From positions 48,918,001 through 48,982,000 of the forward strand of contig JAGIQG010000014.1 in assembly GCA_024679065.1 (NCBI GenBank): a stretch of DNA of 64,000 nucleotides. The letters are read 5' to 3'. The number at the start of each line of letters is the position of its first letter. The first letter of the stretch is position 1. The position numbers and the translations under genes were made by a program. The stretch is from Sphyrna mokarran. Lineage: Eukaryota. The notes beneath the pieces are model-generated. The model was not told the origin of the DNA, ran no database searches, and worked only from the letters and a program-made list of their open reading frames with translations. Below are positions 26,301-39,800 of the stretch, piece after piece.

Positions 26301-28199
26301 CGAAATGACAAACTTCTGTTGAATTTGCAGGTTCCTATTTTATGGAGTGCAAGTGAAGATATTGAGCCATTGTAATTTAGCACCTGTGGGAGTGACAGTT
26401 AGCCAATTAAATATTGTAACATTTAAGGTACAGAATGTACTATGTTTTGATACTTGAAATACAAATCACTGACCAGAGGGACTAACTTCATTGCCTCCAT
26501 TGGTTTTAACTTAAAATTTAACATTCGTTGTGGGAACGGCTTCAGTGCCACTAAGAATAGCTTTAAGATTTAATTTTTAGCTATTCTACTTTTCCTGTGA
26601 AGCCAATTACTGTCTCAAAACGTATTCACTGTATTTGAAAGATTAAATAACCCAAGTCGTTCTATTTGCTTTTGTTAAACTTTGAGGAACAAGGATTTGA
26701 CTTTAACATTGGGGGAATAATGGAGGCTTGTGCTGTCTGAAATGTGGAAAATCCTGGATTCATTCTGAAATGACTGCTTGGCCATAACCATAAATTTATG
26801 AAATAAAAACAGAATGCTGGATAAACTCAGCAGGTCTGTCAACATCTGTGGAGAGAGAGAAACAGTTAATGTTTTGAGTCCATTTGACTTCTGCAGGATT
26901 GAGGAGGCATAGAAATGTGGTGAATTATGTAGTTGGAGGATAGCCTCAACTTAGGAAGCATTTGTCACATACAAAGGGAAGTGGGTGACCATTATCAGAG
27001 CGCAAGAGTTATAGGAATCACCTGAGACTGTTGAAATAAACAAATATTCAATCCTGAACACCTGTGACAACTCCCAGGATGATGATCATGCACCATTAGT
27101 TGCTATCAGTAAGAATTATAGAATCCCTACATGAAGGAGGAAGCCATTTGGCTTATCGATCCCAACCATGCAGGAGGAGGAAATGTGGCCCATCAATCCA
27201 CTCAGGCCTTATCCACATAACTCCATGTATTTACCCTGCTAATTCCTTTGACATTAGATTAGTTATGCTAAATTGCTTCCTTAATCCCCTGCCTTTTGGA
27301 GTGAGTAAGGGATGGGGAAAAAAGTAGTAATAATGGATTCCTCTGAAGGGATAGATGCATTTGTAAACATGGCTGAGAATTGATATCATATTGGGTACAG
27401 TTTTGCTTTTCCTGAGTGGGTGTTAAGCATAACATGATTAAGAAACAGATTAAACAATAGGACACCAAGGGTAGTTACCTCAGGATTATTCTGAATGCCA
27501 TTTACTAGTTGTTTGGAAATGTATAGAACAAAAGATAGCCATTTAGCCCATCATGTCTGTAACTTGCATTTTGTCTATTCAGCTTAATCCTGCTTTTCAT
27601 CTTTTGTCTGAGACCTTGTTAGTTATGGCACCACTAAGTGCACGTACAAATATTTTTGAAATGTGATCGTTTCAGGCAATGGGTTCCTGACCTCTTCCAC
27701 TAACTGCTGAAAGAATTTCTCAATAACCCTTCCCAACATGCCACTGCCACAATCCTCAATCGATTAATTCTAAAACAAGGTAAAGTCGCTGTAGACCCAA
27801 ATGATGACAGGCTGCTCTTCCCTTTGACTAGAATAGTTGTTTCAGGAGTCTGGTGTCAGACATATGAACTGTCATGTCCAGCAGAACTGGTTTTCAATAA
27901 TTTGTCTTGATGCTGGATAACTTGGCTTTGGAGAGGACATTATGGTTGGACCACCTTTCAAGCCACTTGATTGAGGATCTTGCAAAGGCATTGCTGGTGG
28001 TTCTTCAGTGCTTTGACGTCCAAGATTTTGAACCACAGGGGTCATTGCTGCCCAGTAAACCTTGACTTTAGTCTTGAGTTGAGATTTCTTTCTGTACTCT
28101 TTAATTAGCCAAAGTCTCACCTAGCATATTGGAACTGATGAGAAATTGTTATTTACATTTGCTTTGTCAAGAGAAAGTTCCCAAGATGTTATCATTGAT

Positions 28200-29335
28200 C
28201 TTATTCGACTGAAGGATGTATTGTGCTGTGGGAGGATGAGTACGTCATCATTTGAGTAAGGAACTGCAGAGATGTCCAGATCACTGCACCATGACAGATA
28301 CTGATGACTGCTGGACAGATCACTGCTTCATCTCATCAACCCTTCCCATCAGCTTGGTGCCAAAAGAGCAAAGCCGTCAAAATAATGGCATAAGGAAATT
28401 AACATCAAAGACTTCAGCGATCCTACCTAGGAGACACTTTTCAGTCAGCACCTCATTGTTTCACACTCAATCTACCAGGCATTATGGTGTGCACAAAATC
28501 CATCATCATGAGCATCTGAGACTGTCCTTGGTTTCACTATCAGGAAACGCCATGACTGGTTCAACTGAACTACAAGTAAGTGCAAAGCTTTAATTGACTA
28601 GAAACTTCATAGCTTAGCAGCAGTCCTACAAATGAATGAAGGTAGTGGTACAGTATAAAGCCCACAACATAAAGACTGGTAAAGGAGGTCCGACAAATCA
28701 AAAGTACTAATTTCAGGCATGGTTTTTTTCACAGTGGTCAAAATGACTTATGGCCCATGCACTCAAAGGTACACCTTGCTGAGATCCAAGCACTAATAGG
28801 AACTCAACAAGGATGGGGAAGCAGCCAGTGCTCATTGGAGAGAATATTTTGGAAAAACTCCTCATCCAAGACTCAGTGTCCAATTCAGTCTCAGCACTAG
28901 CATGGCCAGCTGGGAGGTTGCAAAAGCCTTCGATAGCTGAAATGCAGATGGAGCCAATGGAATCCTGGAAGAGATACACTCCTAACATAATTGCATTCCA
29001 CACCATCCCTCATCTGGGAAGAATAGCATATGTTGCAGGATCTTGATGCTGCGATTGTGACTATTTTCAAGAAGGGAGATCAGTCTTATGGCAGTAACTA
29101 CAAAGGAGTCTCCTGCAGGAAGGTCATTGCAAGGGTCCTCTTGAACAAAATCCTCCAGTGACCAAAGAATTGCTTCAAGAGTCTATGCAGTTTTCGTCCA
29201 CTGAGAGACATTGGAGACGCGTCTTTACTGTGTGACAAATTCAAGAAAAATGCAAGGTATAGCATCAACTACTGTATGTGGCTTTTTGATCTCAAAAGCC
29301 TTTGACTAGGTCAACGCAAAGGTTTTGAATTTGGT
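28200..29335 (+). mobile_element. RTE-clade LINE fragment
   Basis: DDCWTDH (endonuclease end), DAAIVTIFKKGD, KVIARVLLN, QIQEKC, KAFD, with many frameshifts. Confidence 0.8.
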
Positions 29336-29344
29336 TAAACTGAG

Positions 29345-29700
29345 AAATTATTATAGTTTTAAACATCTTGATTGAAGTATCCCATAGTGTATCTTTTTTG
29401 CTCCAAGGAAAACAATTCCAGCCTCTCCTATCTTTCTTTTAGTCTTGGCAATATTCTTGTAAATCCTCTCTGTACCTTATCAAGTATGATCACATTATTA
29501 ATGCAGTAACCTAGCTGCAGACTAAATAGTGTTTTTGCTTTTTGCAGTTCAAACAAGTTCCCTACTTGGGTAATAATTACACAAGCCTTCTTGACTGCCT
29601 TACTATCTGATTTGTGAACATGCACACCAAGATTCCCCTGCACCTACTATTTAGTCTCAATACGTTTAGCTGGATTGAATTTCATTTACCACTGACCACA
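29345..29700 (-). mobile_element. CR1 3' fragment
   Basis: Minus ORF NLGVHVHKS...KVQRGFTRILP. Confidence 0.75.
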
Positions 29701-29849
29701 ATTCTATTTCTGTATTAATGTGAGGATGTGATGTTTTACTCCAGGCATGATTCTACTGACAAACTGTGGAGCTTTTATCACAACAAATTTTAGTTAAACT
29801 TTAACTGTAACAAATAAAGCTCCTTCTGTTTTCGATTCTGCATTGATTC

Positions 29850-30898
29850 CGATCCTGAATATAATGCTTGTAAATTAATCCTGATGTCCTCAAAGATCTG
29901 TGCAGAATCCAGAGGATAAAACTTTATATTGAAAGCAAACTCACACAAGCCATTTCGCATTTGCTTTTAAGGTTCCATCATCGAGTCTGCAACTGGTTAT
30001 TTTGATTTTCAGAGTACCGAAACTACAAACCAAAATAATCTTTTGCCAGAGCTGCTCACAAACATTATCTCTTTGTTCACAAGTTCTGTGTGACACTTTC
30101 TCAACTTTACATAATCATGCCATCAAGAATGGTTGCTTTTATCCTTGTCGACTTGTTAACTGGCCTTAATTCCTCTGTCAGGTCGTCCAACTCCACCTTC
30201 TGTTCGGAAATGGTACACTCAAAATATTTGAGTTTGATTCTTAGCTTTAAATTAAGATTTTCATCATTTTCTGCATATTCTTTGGCAAAAATGTATTGCA
30301 GATAGTGTCCAAATTTGTAATTATGGTTTTAGTGATCATTGTGGCACTTATGTCACTGCAAAATACATTAATTTAATTGAACCTCAGCTGAGGTTCAGTT
30401 TCTTGGGACAACAATTGTGTAAGCTGTGTAAATTTATTATCCTGGCAGTTAAGTTGGAATAATGATACAGTTTCATCAAACAGTCTTCCTTCACATAGTG
30501 GTCCTTTTTTTATGTATGCAGTAGTAAAATACTTCTGCTTCTCAATATCCAGATATTGAGATAATTTGAGAACGCATTACTGCTGACTAATCTACATTTT
30601 TCCTCTCATAGTTGAGTTGCTATCAACAAGCATGCAGTTTATGCTCAGTTAATTTCAACAACTCAGGAACAGGCACCAAATCAGTTAACTTTTCCTGCAT
30701 CTGCTCAATTTCTTTATTTATCTTCCAGTAACTTATTCTCCATCTCTGCCTTCACTAGTTTCACGTTACACTCATCTGTCTCCATTCATTTCTTTATTAA
30801 CTGAGATTTGTAAGTATCTACCAGCCCTTTGTAATGTTTGAGACTTTCTGCTGCTGCATTTCAGACTGAGCAAATGTCAACCAGTCTTTCAGATCCCA
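29850..30898 (-). pseudogene. ODF2/ODF2L (cenexin family)-like coding fragment, apparently intronless, degraded, inside the Gypsy element
   Basis: Hand translation: LKHYKGLVDTYKSQLIKK*METDECNVKLVKAEMENKLLEDK / NKEIEQMQEKLTDLVPVPELLKLTEHKLHAC**QLNYERKNVD ... FEDIRINLQALYSGSESMQN. Colinear with ODF2 C-terminal sequence as recalled. Confidence 0.72.
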
Positions 30899-31671
30899 AA
30901 GCAAAGTCTTCATAGATGTTGCTTAATTAACATTTCCTATATCATGCACAATTACTTTAGTACTTCCCAGTTTGTTGCCACAAATAGGTCCATGTGATTG
31001 TAATAACTCTTTCGGGTCACTTTGATTTCCCTCTGGAAGGTACAATTCAGTAATTTATTTCAATATCTGATCACTTACTTTCTCATTGTCAAATTCAGAA
31101 TTATCTGGATTTGTTTCTTCAAGTTGTAACAGTTAACAGATCCTGCTTTGCTTTCCTTCCCTGTAAAAATACTGTTTGAACATATGGCACATTTGTTTTT
31201 ATTTCTGCCTTTCTTATTGAATATTTCATCTCACTAATTTTCTTTTGATAAGGCCCACTAAACCTTGCTTTTAATGGTTCATCAACCACTGGTAATAATG
31301 ATAATACTTTATCCCCACCAACAAAAGTACACATTTTGATCTCTTATCCACTTTTTTCATCACATTCTGTGCAATCTTTAAATGGTGTCTAGCCTACTCA
31401 CCAGCCCCAATTAATCTTTCCTTCTGGTTTAATACATAGTCCAACAATGTAGTCTCAGAACTCTGACTCACCAATTCCTTCCTGATCCATTTGTGGTCCT
31501 CTTATCTCATGACCAAAAATTTAGTTGATCCATTAGATGAATCCCTAATTGCAAAAAGTACAAATGGAATTCCTTATCCCAATTTTCTGGATAATACCAA
31601 TTATAAGTCTTCAATATGGTCTTTTAGACTTTCACAGAAATTCTGGATGATATACAGTTGACTTTTTTTAA

Positions 31672-31961
31672 CCTATTCATGAAGCATGGCCATTGTTGGC
31701 TGACCACCATTTATCACCCATCCCTGGTTGCTGTGGCTCTGGAATCATGTATAAGCCAGACCAGATAAAGATGGCAGCTTTCCTTCCCCAAAGGTAATTA
31801 ATGAACTAGCTAACAATGGTTTCATGGTTATCAGAAGATTCTTAATTTCAGATTTTTTAAATTAAATTCAAATTGCACAGTCTGCCATGGCAGGATTCAA
31901 AACATTAGCTGTGTTTCTGGTTTAATAGTCTAGCAATAATACCACTAAGCTATTGTCTCCC
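31672..31961 (-). mobile_element. tRNA-derived SINE nested in the Gypsy integrase
   Basis: Antisense match to 18174-18545 and 22895-23235. Confidence 0.8.
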
Positions 31962-32159
31962 TTTTAAATTTTAAATTGCTTCACTCCTAAGCGATCCATA
32001 ACTTTCCTGAACAACTTCAAAGTAAAATTGGATCCTTCAACTGATTGGATTTTTGTGGCCAGTCCGAATCTGTTTTTTTTTTTCAAAAAAGTAATTCTTT
32101 TACAATCCTTTTAGCTGTAATATTACATAATGGAATGGGTTTCAGAAATTTAGTAGACA

Positions 32160-32400
32160 CATTGAAATCATGAGGGGCATAGATAAGGTTAATAGCCAAG
32201 ATCTTTTCCCTGGTGTAGGGGAATCCAGAACTAGAGAGTGTAGGTTTAAAGTGAAACAGGAAAGATTAGAAAGGAACCTGAAGGGGAAGGTTAAGATGGA
32301 TATTGACCAAACGCAGGTAAATGGGACTAGTTCAGTTTAGGAAACCTAGTTCGCATGGATGAGTTGGGCCGAAAGGCCTGTTTCTATGCTGTACATCTCT
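32160..32400 (+). mobile_element. CR1 3' end nested in the Gypsy integrase
   Basis: gagttgggccgaaaggcctgtttctatgctgta 3' stem. Confidence 0.8.
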
Positions 32401-33386
32401 ATCTGTTATGGTCAACAAATACTGATTCCCTCTTGTTTTAGGTTCCATACAACTAATAAGGTTCATAGTAATAAGTTCCTCAAATGTCAGAATGGGTACC
32501 AAGTGTGCTGGTTTGACTACTGCTTGAGGTTTTCCTATTACCTGATGGTAATATGCAAAATGCAATTACATCTTTATGCGCTCCAACGTTTTGTATTTTT
32601 GCTTGAGTTTTCCTTACTCCTAAATTACCACCTCCTCCTCAATTCCTCCTTTCGATAACCCACTTGATGAATTTCTACCCATTTTTCATCTGCCTGAATA
32701 TGTAAAGGTTGTCTTCATTATAACAATTTTTAATGTAATAGCACTTTGGTATACACTCAGATTCTGCTGTCTATGCTTTCTGATGCAACTATTTTATTTC
32801 TATATCTTTCTGTTGTAACTCTTCAATTTTCCTGAACTAAAAATATCCAACTGATCCCTACCTGTTCTTGTTCTTTTCCAACCATCCAATCAAAAATTGT
32901 TTCTGATAACTGAACTTCAACTTTCTTCACTCTGATTTCTCCTCTTGTCTTAATCTGTCTTTGTGACCTTGTTATTACACAATCAAGAAAAGTCCCAGGA
33001 TGTGTGTTTTTCAACAACTCAGTTGTTTAATTCTCCACTAGCTTTTCAACCACAGGCATCACTCCCACCTGTAATCAAGCTATATTGTTACCCAAGATAA
33101 ACTAATTTCTGAACAAGATAATTTCTCTAGTACTCCCACTACACTTCATTCTTGACTGGACACTCTAATGTTACTTTATATAATGGAAACTACTCTCTTC
33201 TCACTCTGAATTCCATATATTATTACCTCTTCTGTCAATACTCCTTCCAAACTACATATCTCCTCATCTCTCATCACCTAAAGTTTGATTTGATCCGGTA
33301 CCTATGAAGATTGTAATTTTTTACTCCTAGTATATATGAGTAAACCATACCCATGTAAATAAACTCTAGTACTAGCTTATAAACTG

Positions 33387-33712
33387 TTGGCACAGTGGTT
33401 AGTCAAGGACCTAGGTTCAATTTTGTAGCTGGCTGTATGGAATTTATACATTCTCCAGTGTCTGAGTGGGTTTTCACTTGGTGTTCCAGTTTCTTCCCAT
33501 GTCCAAAGACATCCAGTTCAGGTGGATTTGCCATGTTAAAAATTGACACTTTAGTGTCCAAAGATATGCAGGTAAGGGGGATTAGTAAGATAAATGAATG
33601 GTGCTATGGGACTGGGATAAGAGTTGGGCCTGAGTAAGATGCTCTGTCAGAGTTGGTACAGACTTAATGGGCTGAAAGGCCTCCTACATTGTAGGGATTC
33701 TATAATGCTATG
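33387..33712 (+). mobile_element. HE1-type V-SINE nested in the Gypsy element
   Basis: ggcacagtggttag head, V-domain, CR1-type tail. Confidence 0.8.
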
Positions 33713-36094
33713 AATGCCTGAACAAGCAATATGTTGTTTTGCACCTCTTTTTAACTTCAAATATTGTTTCCTTTGCCATTTTAACAAACTCCACTGGCTT
33801 ATCCTGTTTTTTTTCACATTTGCCTTCCCAGTGCTTTATCTTGAGCCACAATACTGCAACTTTGTGTTTAACTTTATTACACTGAAAACATGAAGGTATT
33901 TTATTTTTCTTTCACCTCATGTCTCCTTTTTCTTTCACCATCATACGTTTCCTTACTAAGTCCAATGAGACCTTCTTTTCCCTGACCATCTGAGGATTTC
34001 TTTTTTCCCCCAGCTTCTATCCCTCAGTTTGAAATTGATGTCAAAAACTAAACCTTGATTCATGAACAAATTCAAAATCATTTTCCATTTCTGCTACCAT
34101 CTCGTAGTTTTAATCCATTCCACTTTAATCCTTTCCTCACTACTATGGGAAGTGTCTTTTTAAATTCTTCAAAATAACCATTTTCTTAGTATCTAGTCTA
34201 CTTTCAATGTCGTTATCCATCTTAAGTTTGTTTGATTCTTTAAGATTCTATATACATCTGTCTTGGTTCCTTCTTAGATTTCTAAACTTTTGCTGTTAGC
34301 ATCTGGCTCTGGTTCATATACACTTAAGATGTTTCTCACATCACAATAATCCCTAGAAATAATCTCTAATAGTAATGCAAACACCTGATTAGCTCTACCT
34401 ACCAACTTTGTTTGAACCAAATAGCCATTTTAATTTTTTAGTTACTTATTCAAATGAAATGAAAAAGGCTTCTCCATCCTTCTTGTCAAACTTTGGCTTG
34501 AAAATATTTAAACATATCCCCACTAGGATTTTGACTAAGAATGGTTGACTCCTCCTCTTTTTCTCTTTACCTCAACCAGTTTAAGTTGATTTCTTTGCAG
34601 TTTCAGTTTCTGAAGTTCAAAACTCTTTTCTTTTGCTACGAGTTCAAGCTTTTTCTTTTTTCTGTTAAAGCTGTTTCAATTGTAACTACATTTTAGCTAG
34701 TTCTGATGACTCACTGTTTCTAGCAGATTTAAATGCTAAGCTATTACTGAAACTGTCTGCTGCCTTCATCCCTTTGGGTACAATCAACTTCAGCTTGCTT
34801 GCCAAATCCAAAATTTTGATTTCAACCACCCTTTGTAAACCACTCCAGGTACCTCTTCCACATCCAGGAAATCTTTAGTCACCAGAAGAGACATTTTTCT
34901 AAAAGGCACTCCTATTTAACTGAATACAACGCTTGAAGAGAAACACCATGTCCTCAATACCAATAGAAAGGAACCCACAGTTTTTGTTAGGGTACCACAT
35001 CAGAAACCATAAGGTTTATGAAGCTAAATTAGACCCCAACTATTTTTTTATTTTGGTACTAATATGAGGATATGTTCACTCCAGGCACAATACTGACACA
35101 TTAGGAAGCTTTGTCAAAAAGTTATTTAACAATATAGTTAAATTATTAAAAATAAATTAGCTTAACTTTTAACAATTGAATAATACTTAATGTGAAGATA
35201 CAATTCTTAACAGTTAACATATCAGAATTCTAATCAAACATAATTTCTCTTTTAAACTTAACCCCTCATAATTAGCAAAACCCAGGCATACTTGCTTGTG
35301 ACTTGGTTTAACAGTCCTGGAGCTTGCCGAAAGCCTGAGTTAGGACAGACTTCTTGCTTCAACCAGCTACAGGCAGCAACTGTTAATATCCTGTCATTCA
35401 ATCTAATGAAAACTCTACTCTGAAATCTCCGGAGGAACTTGAGTAACACAAATGCATTATTAGCTCTACTTAAACAAGCATTCCATGTTAAAATGAGTAC
35501 TTACGCTGTTCTCCCAGCTACTAATTTAAAAGTTTTCCTACACAAACTGTCATCCTGCAAAACAAAGCTGTATTTTAAACATGATATATAAGAAACATGA
35601 TATAGATATAGTTCTTAAACATAGTGTCTTCAAATCACTTTTCTGTCCACTTAACTAATCTTTCAATATTTTCCTGATGTCTACATCCTCATTTTTCACT
35701 AACAATAACTTCCATCTCCAAATTTCTCAATTATGCTGCCTACAATTAAGTCTCAATCTTTGGTGTATACCAAGAAAAGTATGAGACATTTATACTGAGC
35801 CCTGCCAGACCTCAATGAACCCCAGTCACAAAACATGCATTGAACTTTACCCTTTGCTTTCTAGTCAGCATTAGAATATAAGATCCTATTTCACAGGAGA
35901 AACAACCATACATTTTTAATATCATTAGATGTTGATTTCTCCTACAAAATAAACTGTGACCTTATACATTACATAAGGGATGGTTGAATATAAACTATTT
36001 GGCCAATCCACCTTACTACAAATATGGGACTAAGTGTTCCTGTAGAATCAGCAATCAATTTATTTTCTTATTGTACAAGTGAATGCACAATCTC

Positions 36095-36111
36095 TGCACT
36101 AGATGGCAGTC
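36095..36111 (+). promoter_or_regulatory. Candidate CTCF site
   Basis: tgcactagatggcagtc is close to the CCACTAGATGGCAG core; motif match only. Confidence 0.4.
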
Positions 36112-38487
36112 CCTTCATAACCTAACAATAATGTGATAATTGATGCAGGTAAAGTTTTCTACTTCGATAATGGATTTCTGTGTCTCTGATATTGATTCCT
36201 TTTATGGTTTTAAAAATTTTTGGGAGGGGGTGGGGAGGAGGAGTATGTATTTTTGTCTCATCCTTTAGTATTTTTTCCTTCTAATATGAACACTGATTTA
36301 ATGTTACTATCATCTTGCTACTCTTATAGTTTTCTGTCCCATTTTGTATACAGTAGACCAACTATGATCTCATCAGTGTTTTTCACATGTTTTCAAGGAA
36401 ATTGTATTCCATTGGGCACAAGCATAACATGGATTTGCACTGAGATTGCTGCTATCTAGTGTGCTTATTTTCAAAGTTAAGGCAGGTTATGCTGTTATTT
36501 GCATACTTAATATTTTGCACTTTTTACATTGGATAATTTTGACATTCTTCTGCTCAATTATATCTATAGATCTTTCCTTGGAATATCTTGTGATACTATT
36601 TATAAATTTAATCATTTTACTTGTAATATCCTTTATCAAGATCAATACAGCCATTTTGGAATGCATTGATCAAAATTCTGTTGCTATGCTGCCCATTTAA
36701 AGTCAATTTGATTTATTTTTATTTTTTCAATTAAGGACCTTTATTGTGTTTTCGTATTAAAATATTCAAGCCTATGCTATCATCCACTGCATATCAAATT
36801 TATTGCAATTTATCTTTCATGTCATATTTATCATTGGAACCTTTTATTCAAACGTGATCTGTGTCAACTTAATGCTCTTTTTCCAATTTGCGCAAACAAT
36901 GCATCTTGCAGTAGGCTGCAAAAATGGTAACTTTTAACACACTTTATGCTCAAAATAAAAACAGTATTTGCATAATGTGCAGTAATACAGGACTCCTATT
37001 TAAACTCAATGAGTGACTGTCATTTGCAATAATCAGCAGCACTGAGGTTGCTCCCTCTTCATGTTACATTATTCTATTTCACACTTCAGTTAAAGATCTA
37101 TATAGTGAAATATGAAAGCTTTCCTTTCAAATTCTGAAACTGTTCTGTAGGAGTAGATAGAAGTGTAAAACAAAGTATCACAAATACAAGTTAATCATCA
37201 ATTAATGAACTTGTAAGAAACTTCTTAATTAAGAGAATATTAGCAATGGACATGGGAAGGGGGAGAGGTTGGTATAGACAATGACTTTGAGATGTTTGAG
37301 GTATTCAAACGAAGTAAAGTGCTGCAGGAATATGTGGGCAAAACTAATTTTGAGATTAAAACTCGAGCTATAGTAACTTGATAAAGCAAGTGCTGGAAAC
37401 TGTAACTAGTGATTTTCTGGTCTTACAATGCTGAACCTACAAAAATCATTAGTATCTGTTTTATAGTCTCTACCACTATTTACTAAGCTAGCATCCTATC
37501 TGCTTTTAAAAATGTGTACGTTTGAACCTGTCTCTGTGCTCCCTTACAATTTAGTATGTTCTTTTATTCCTCTTGTGCTACCTCACATTCTCTGCAATAA
37601 GGTTTCTGTCCTTTATCAATCATTAACCTGTCCACGTATACCCTGAAGCCAGAGTTGTTAATGCTTTCTTTCCTTGATATTTTGATACTATGCTCGATAC
37701 CCAATCCATATACTTTATATGTCATTAAGACTAATAGAAGACTGATACTTATCCTCCAATTGAAAACAATTAACCACTATTCCCATTTTTAGTACTTTAT
37801 CCAACATCCTATGAAGTTGTGCTATGCACTTAATATTGCATGCTTTAACTTTATTGGTGGGTCAAAATGCTTTATCTATATAAATGCCACTGCCAGTGAA
37901 CTGCTACCATGTAGACTACAGCAATTCAAGAAAGAAGGCAGTTTGCCATCACTTCGGGCAACTAATGATAGACAATAAATATTTGGCTTGTCAGCAGCCA
38001 TCTCTATCTAATGAAAATAGCCTTTTAGCAATTCACGTACAGCTTCATCTATCAGTTCCACCTCCACAATTCAGACATTCTTGTGATGGGATTAAAACTC
38101 TGGGAGTAGAACACAATGTTGAAAGTACCCTTTGTTAGTGCAACTCTTTTTTATCTTTTTGTTATTCTTTGGTGCATAAAACTTCACTTCCCTCCATAGA
38201 ACAGCAAAGCACCAATAAGAAATTCTTCAGAGCTCGACTTCTGGGAAGTCCTAGAGAACATGAATATCTTTCTCTCTTAAGCAAACTATGCTGATCCTTG
38301 GCCTAGAGGACTTGGTTGGTTAAAATCCTGCCCTGCTGTATTTCCAGGATTAATAACTAACATTAGCTTATGGTTCTATGGCTACTGATTGTTTTACTGC
38401 CAAAGCTGCTCTTATGTATGAGGCTAGTCCAATTAATGTTGGCTATTGCAGTTAATTGTGATCCTATTTTCCTCCAACCCTCTTGCA

Positions 38488-38559
38488 GTAAGAAGTCTTA
38501 CAACATCAGATTGAAGTCCAAGCTTGTTGGACTTTAACTGGTGTTATAAGACTTCTTAC
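38488..38559. mobile_element. Minimal Penelope-terminus hairpin
   Basis: gtaagaagtcttacaacatcagattgaagtccaa / ttggactttaactggtgttataagacttcttac; same termini as 7243 and 62185. Confidence 0.8.
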
Positions 38560-39384
38560 AATGTATAAATCAGCCAGGGAAGCCTGAGGCTACCAACCTA
38601 AAACTATTATTTCTGATCAGGCTACTTCAGTACTGCGCAGTTCATATTGCCTGAGCCACAAGGAAAAACACTGAAACAATGGTGAAGACTGAATTATTGC
38701 ACAAAGTTAGGAAATGTCTAGTTAGAAAAGCTGAGAATGAATTGGAACGTTATGGAGGAATCAAATTAATGGAACAGAAAAAGTTAACTTTAGAGCATCA
38801 AATTAGGTTTAGGTTAGGTGAGCAAAGGAACAGAAGCATAATGAAATAAGTTTGTTCAAGGCTAATCTCAGGAAGTAATCTCCACAAAAAAAAATTAATA
38901 TCTAGAATAATTTCCCAATTTAGGGCAGCAGGGCCAAAAACTCTGGACTCTATCACAACATCCAAACATTTCTTGACTGAAGAACTTTTCTCATCTATCC
39001 TTGCGTTGGTGACCTTTGTAATCCTTAATCTAAGGACACAAGGTCCATTGTGGTATTCCTATCTTGCTCACATAGTTGAACGTTGATTTGAAATCAAGTC
39101 TACTAGACTGACAAAATATCACATTGCGGCATGTATGTATCTTTTGACCCATTAATGCAATTTATCAAGTATTTTGATCTCTGTTTTATATGCTGTTACC
39201 AGTCCTTCTGTTAGATGCGCTGTCAATTGATTCCTTGCACTTTCATCATTATTTGTGGTGTTTTGTTCATTGTTCTTATGTTTGCAGTTTGCTCCCTTTT
39301 TATCTGCAGAACACCTTCCCTTTATTGCACTCCCTTTCTCCAGAAGTAATGTACAAACACCTGTAAATTTACACAAAGACAGAT

Positions 39385-39800
39385 AACGTTGGGAGTGCCA
39401 GAGATCCGGGTTCCATTCCTGCCTTGGGTCACTGTTAATGTGGAATCTGCACGTTCTCCCTTTGTCTGCATGGGTTTCCTCTGTAATCTTTGGTTTCCTC
39501 CCACAGTCTTAAATGTGCTAGTTAGGTACGTTGACCATGCTAAATTCTCTAATAATCACCCGTCCCCCGTACACCCGAACAGGCGCTGGAGTATAGCGAC
39601 CGGGGGATTTTTCAGTGTTTAAAGTAAGCCTACTTGTGACACTTTAAAACTCAGCAGGTTTGACAGCAGGGAACAGAAACAACTTTATCACCCAGATCGA
39701 AACGTATTCTGTTTCCCCAGATGCTTTCAGACCTTCTGAGTTTCCTCAGTATTTTCTGCTCTTGTTTGAGATTCCAGCATAAGCAGTATTTTGCCTTTAT
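39385..39800 (+). mobile_element. V-SINE variant (gtaagcctacttgtgacac tail) followed by a second-family Penelope pLTR remnant
   Basis: V-domain tgcatgggtttcctctg...cctcccacagtc; same tail on - at 49640-49895; then cgaaacgt...ccagatgc...attccagcat. Confidence 0.7.

Larger units (their letters stand above)
29711..35829 (-). mobile_element. Gmr1-like Gypsy LTR retrotransposon (gag-protease-integrase-RT start), non-autonomous, with nested SINE and CR1 insertions
   Basis: Putative LTR ~34985-35829 (tgtt...caca), partial second LTR copy 29711-29800. Minus strand: gag PKFDKKDGEAFFISFE (~34500), knuckle CFQCNK (~33880), protease-like GTGSNQTL (~33290), integrase QVIGKPQAVVKPAHLVPI / GNQYLLTITD (~32450), GDKVLSLLPVVDEPLKARFSGPY (~31270), then RT start VHD...IKQHL*RL ending ~30903. 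Confidence 0.85.
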
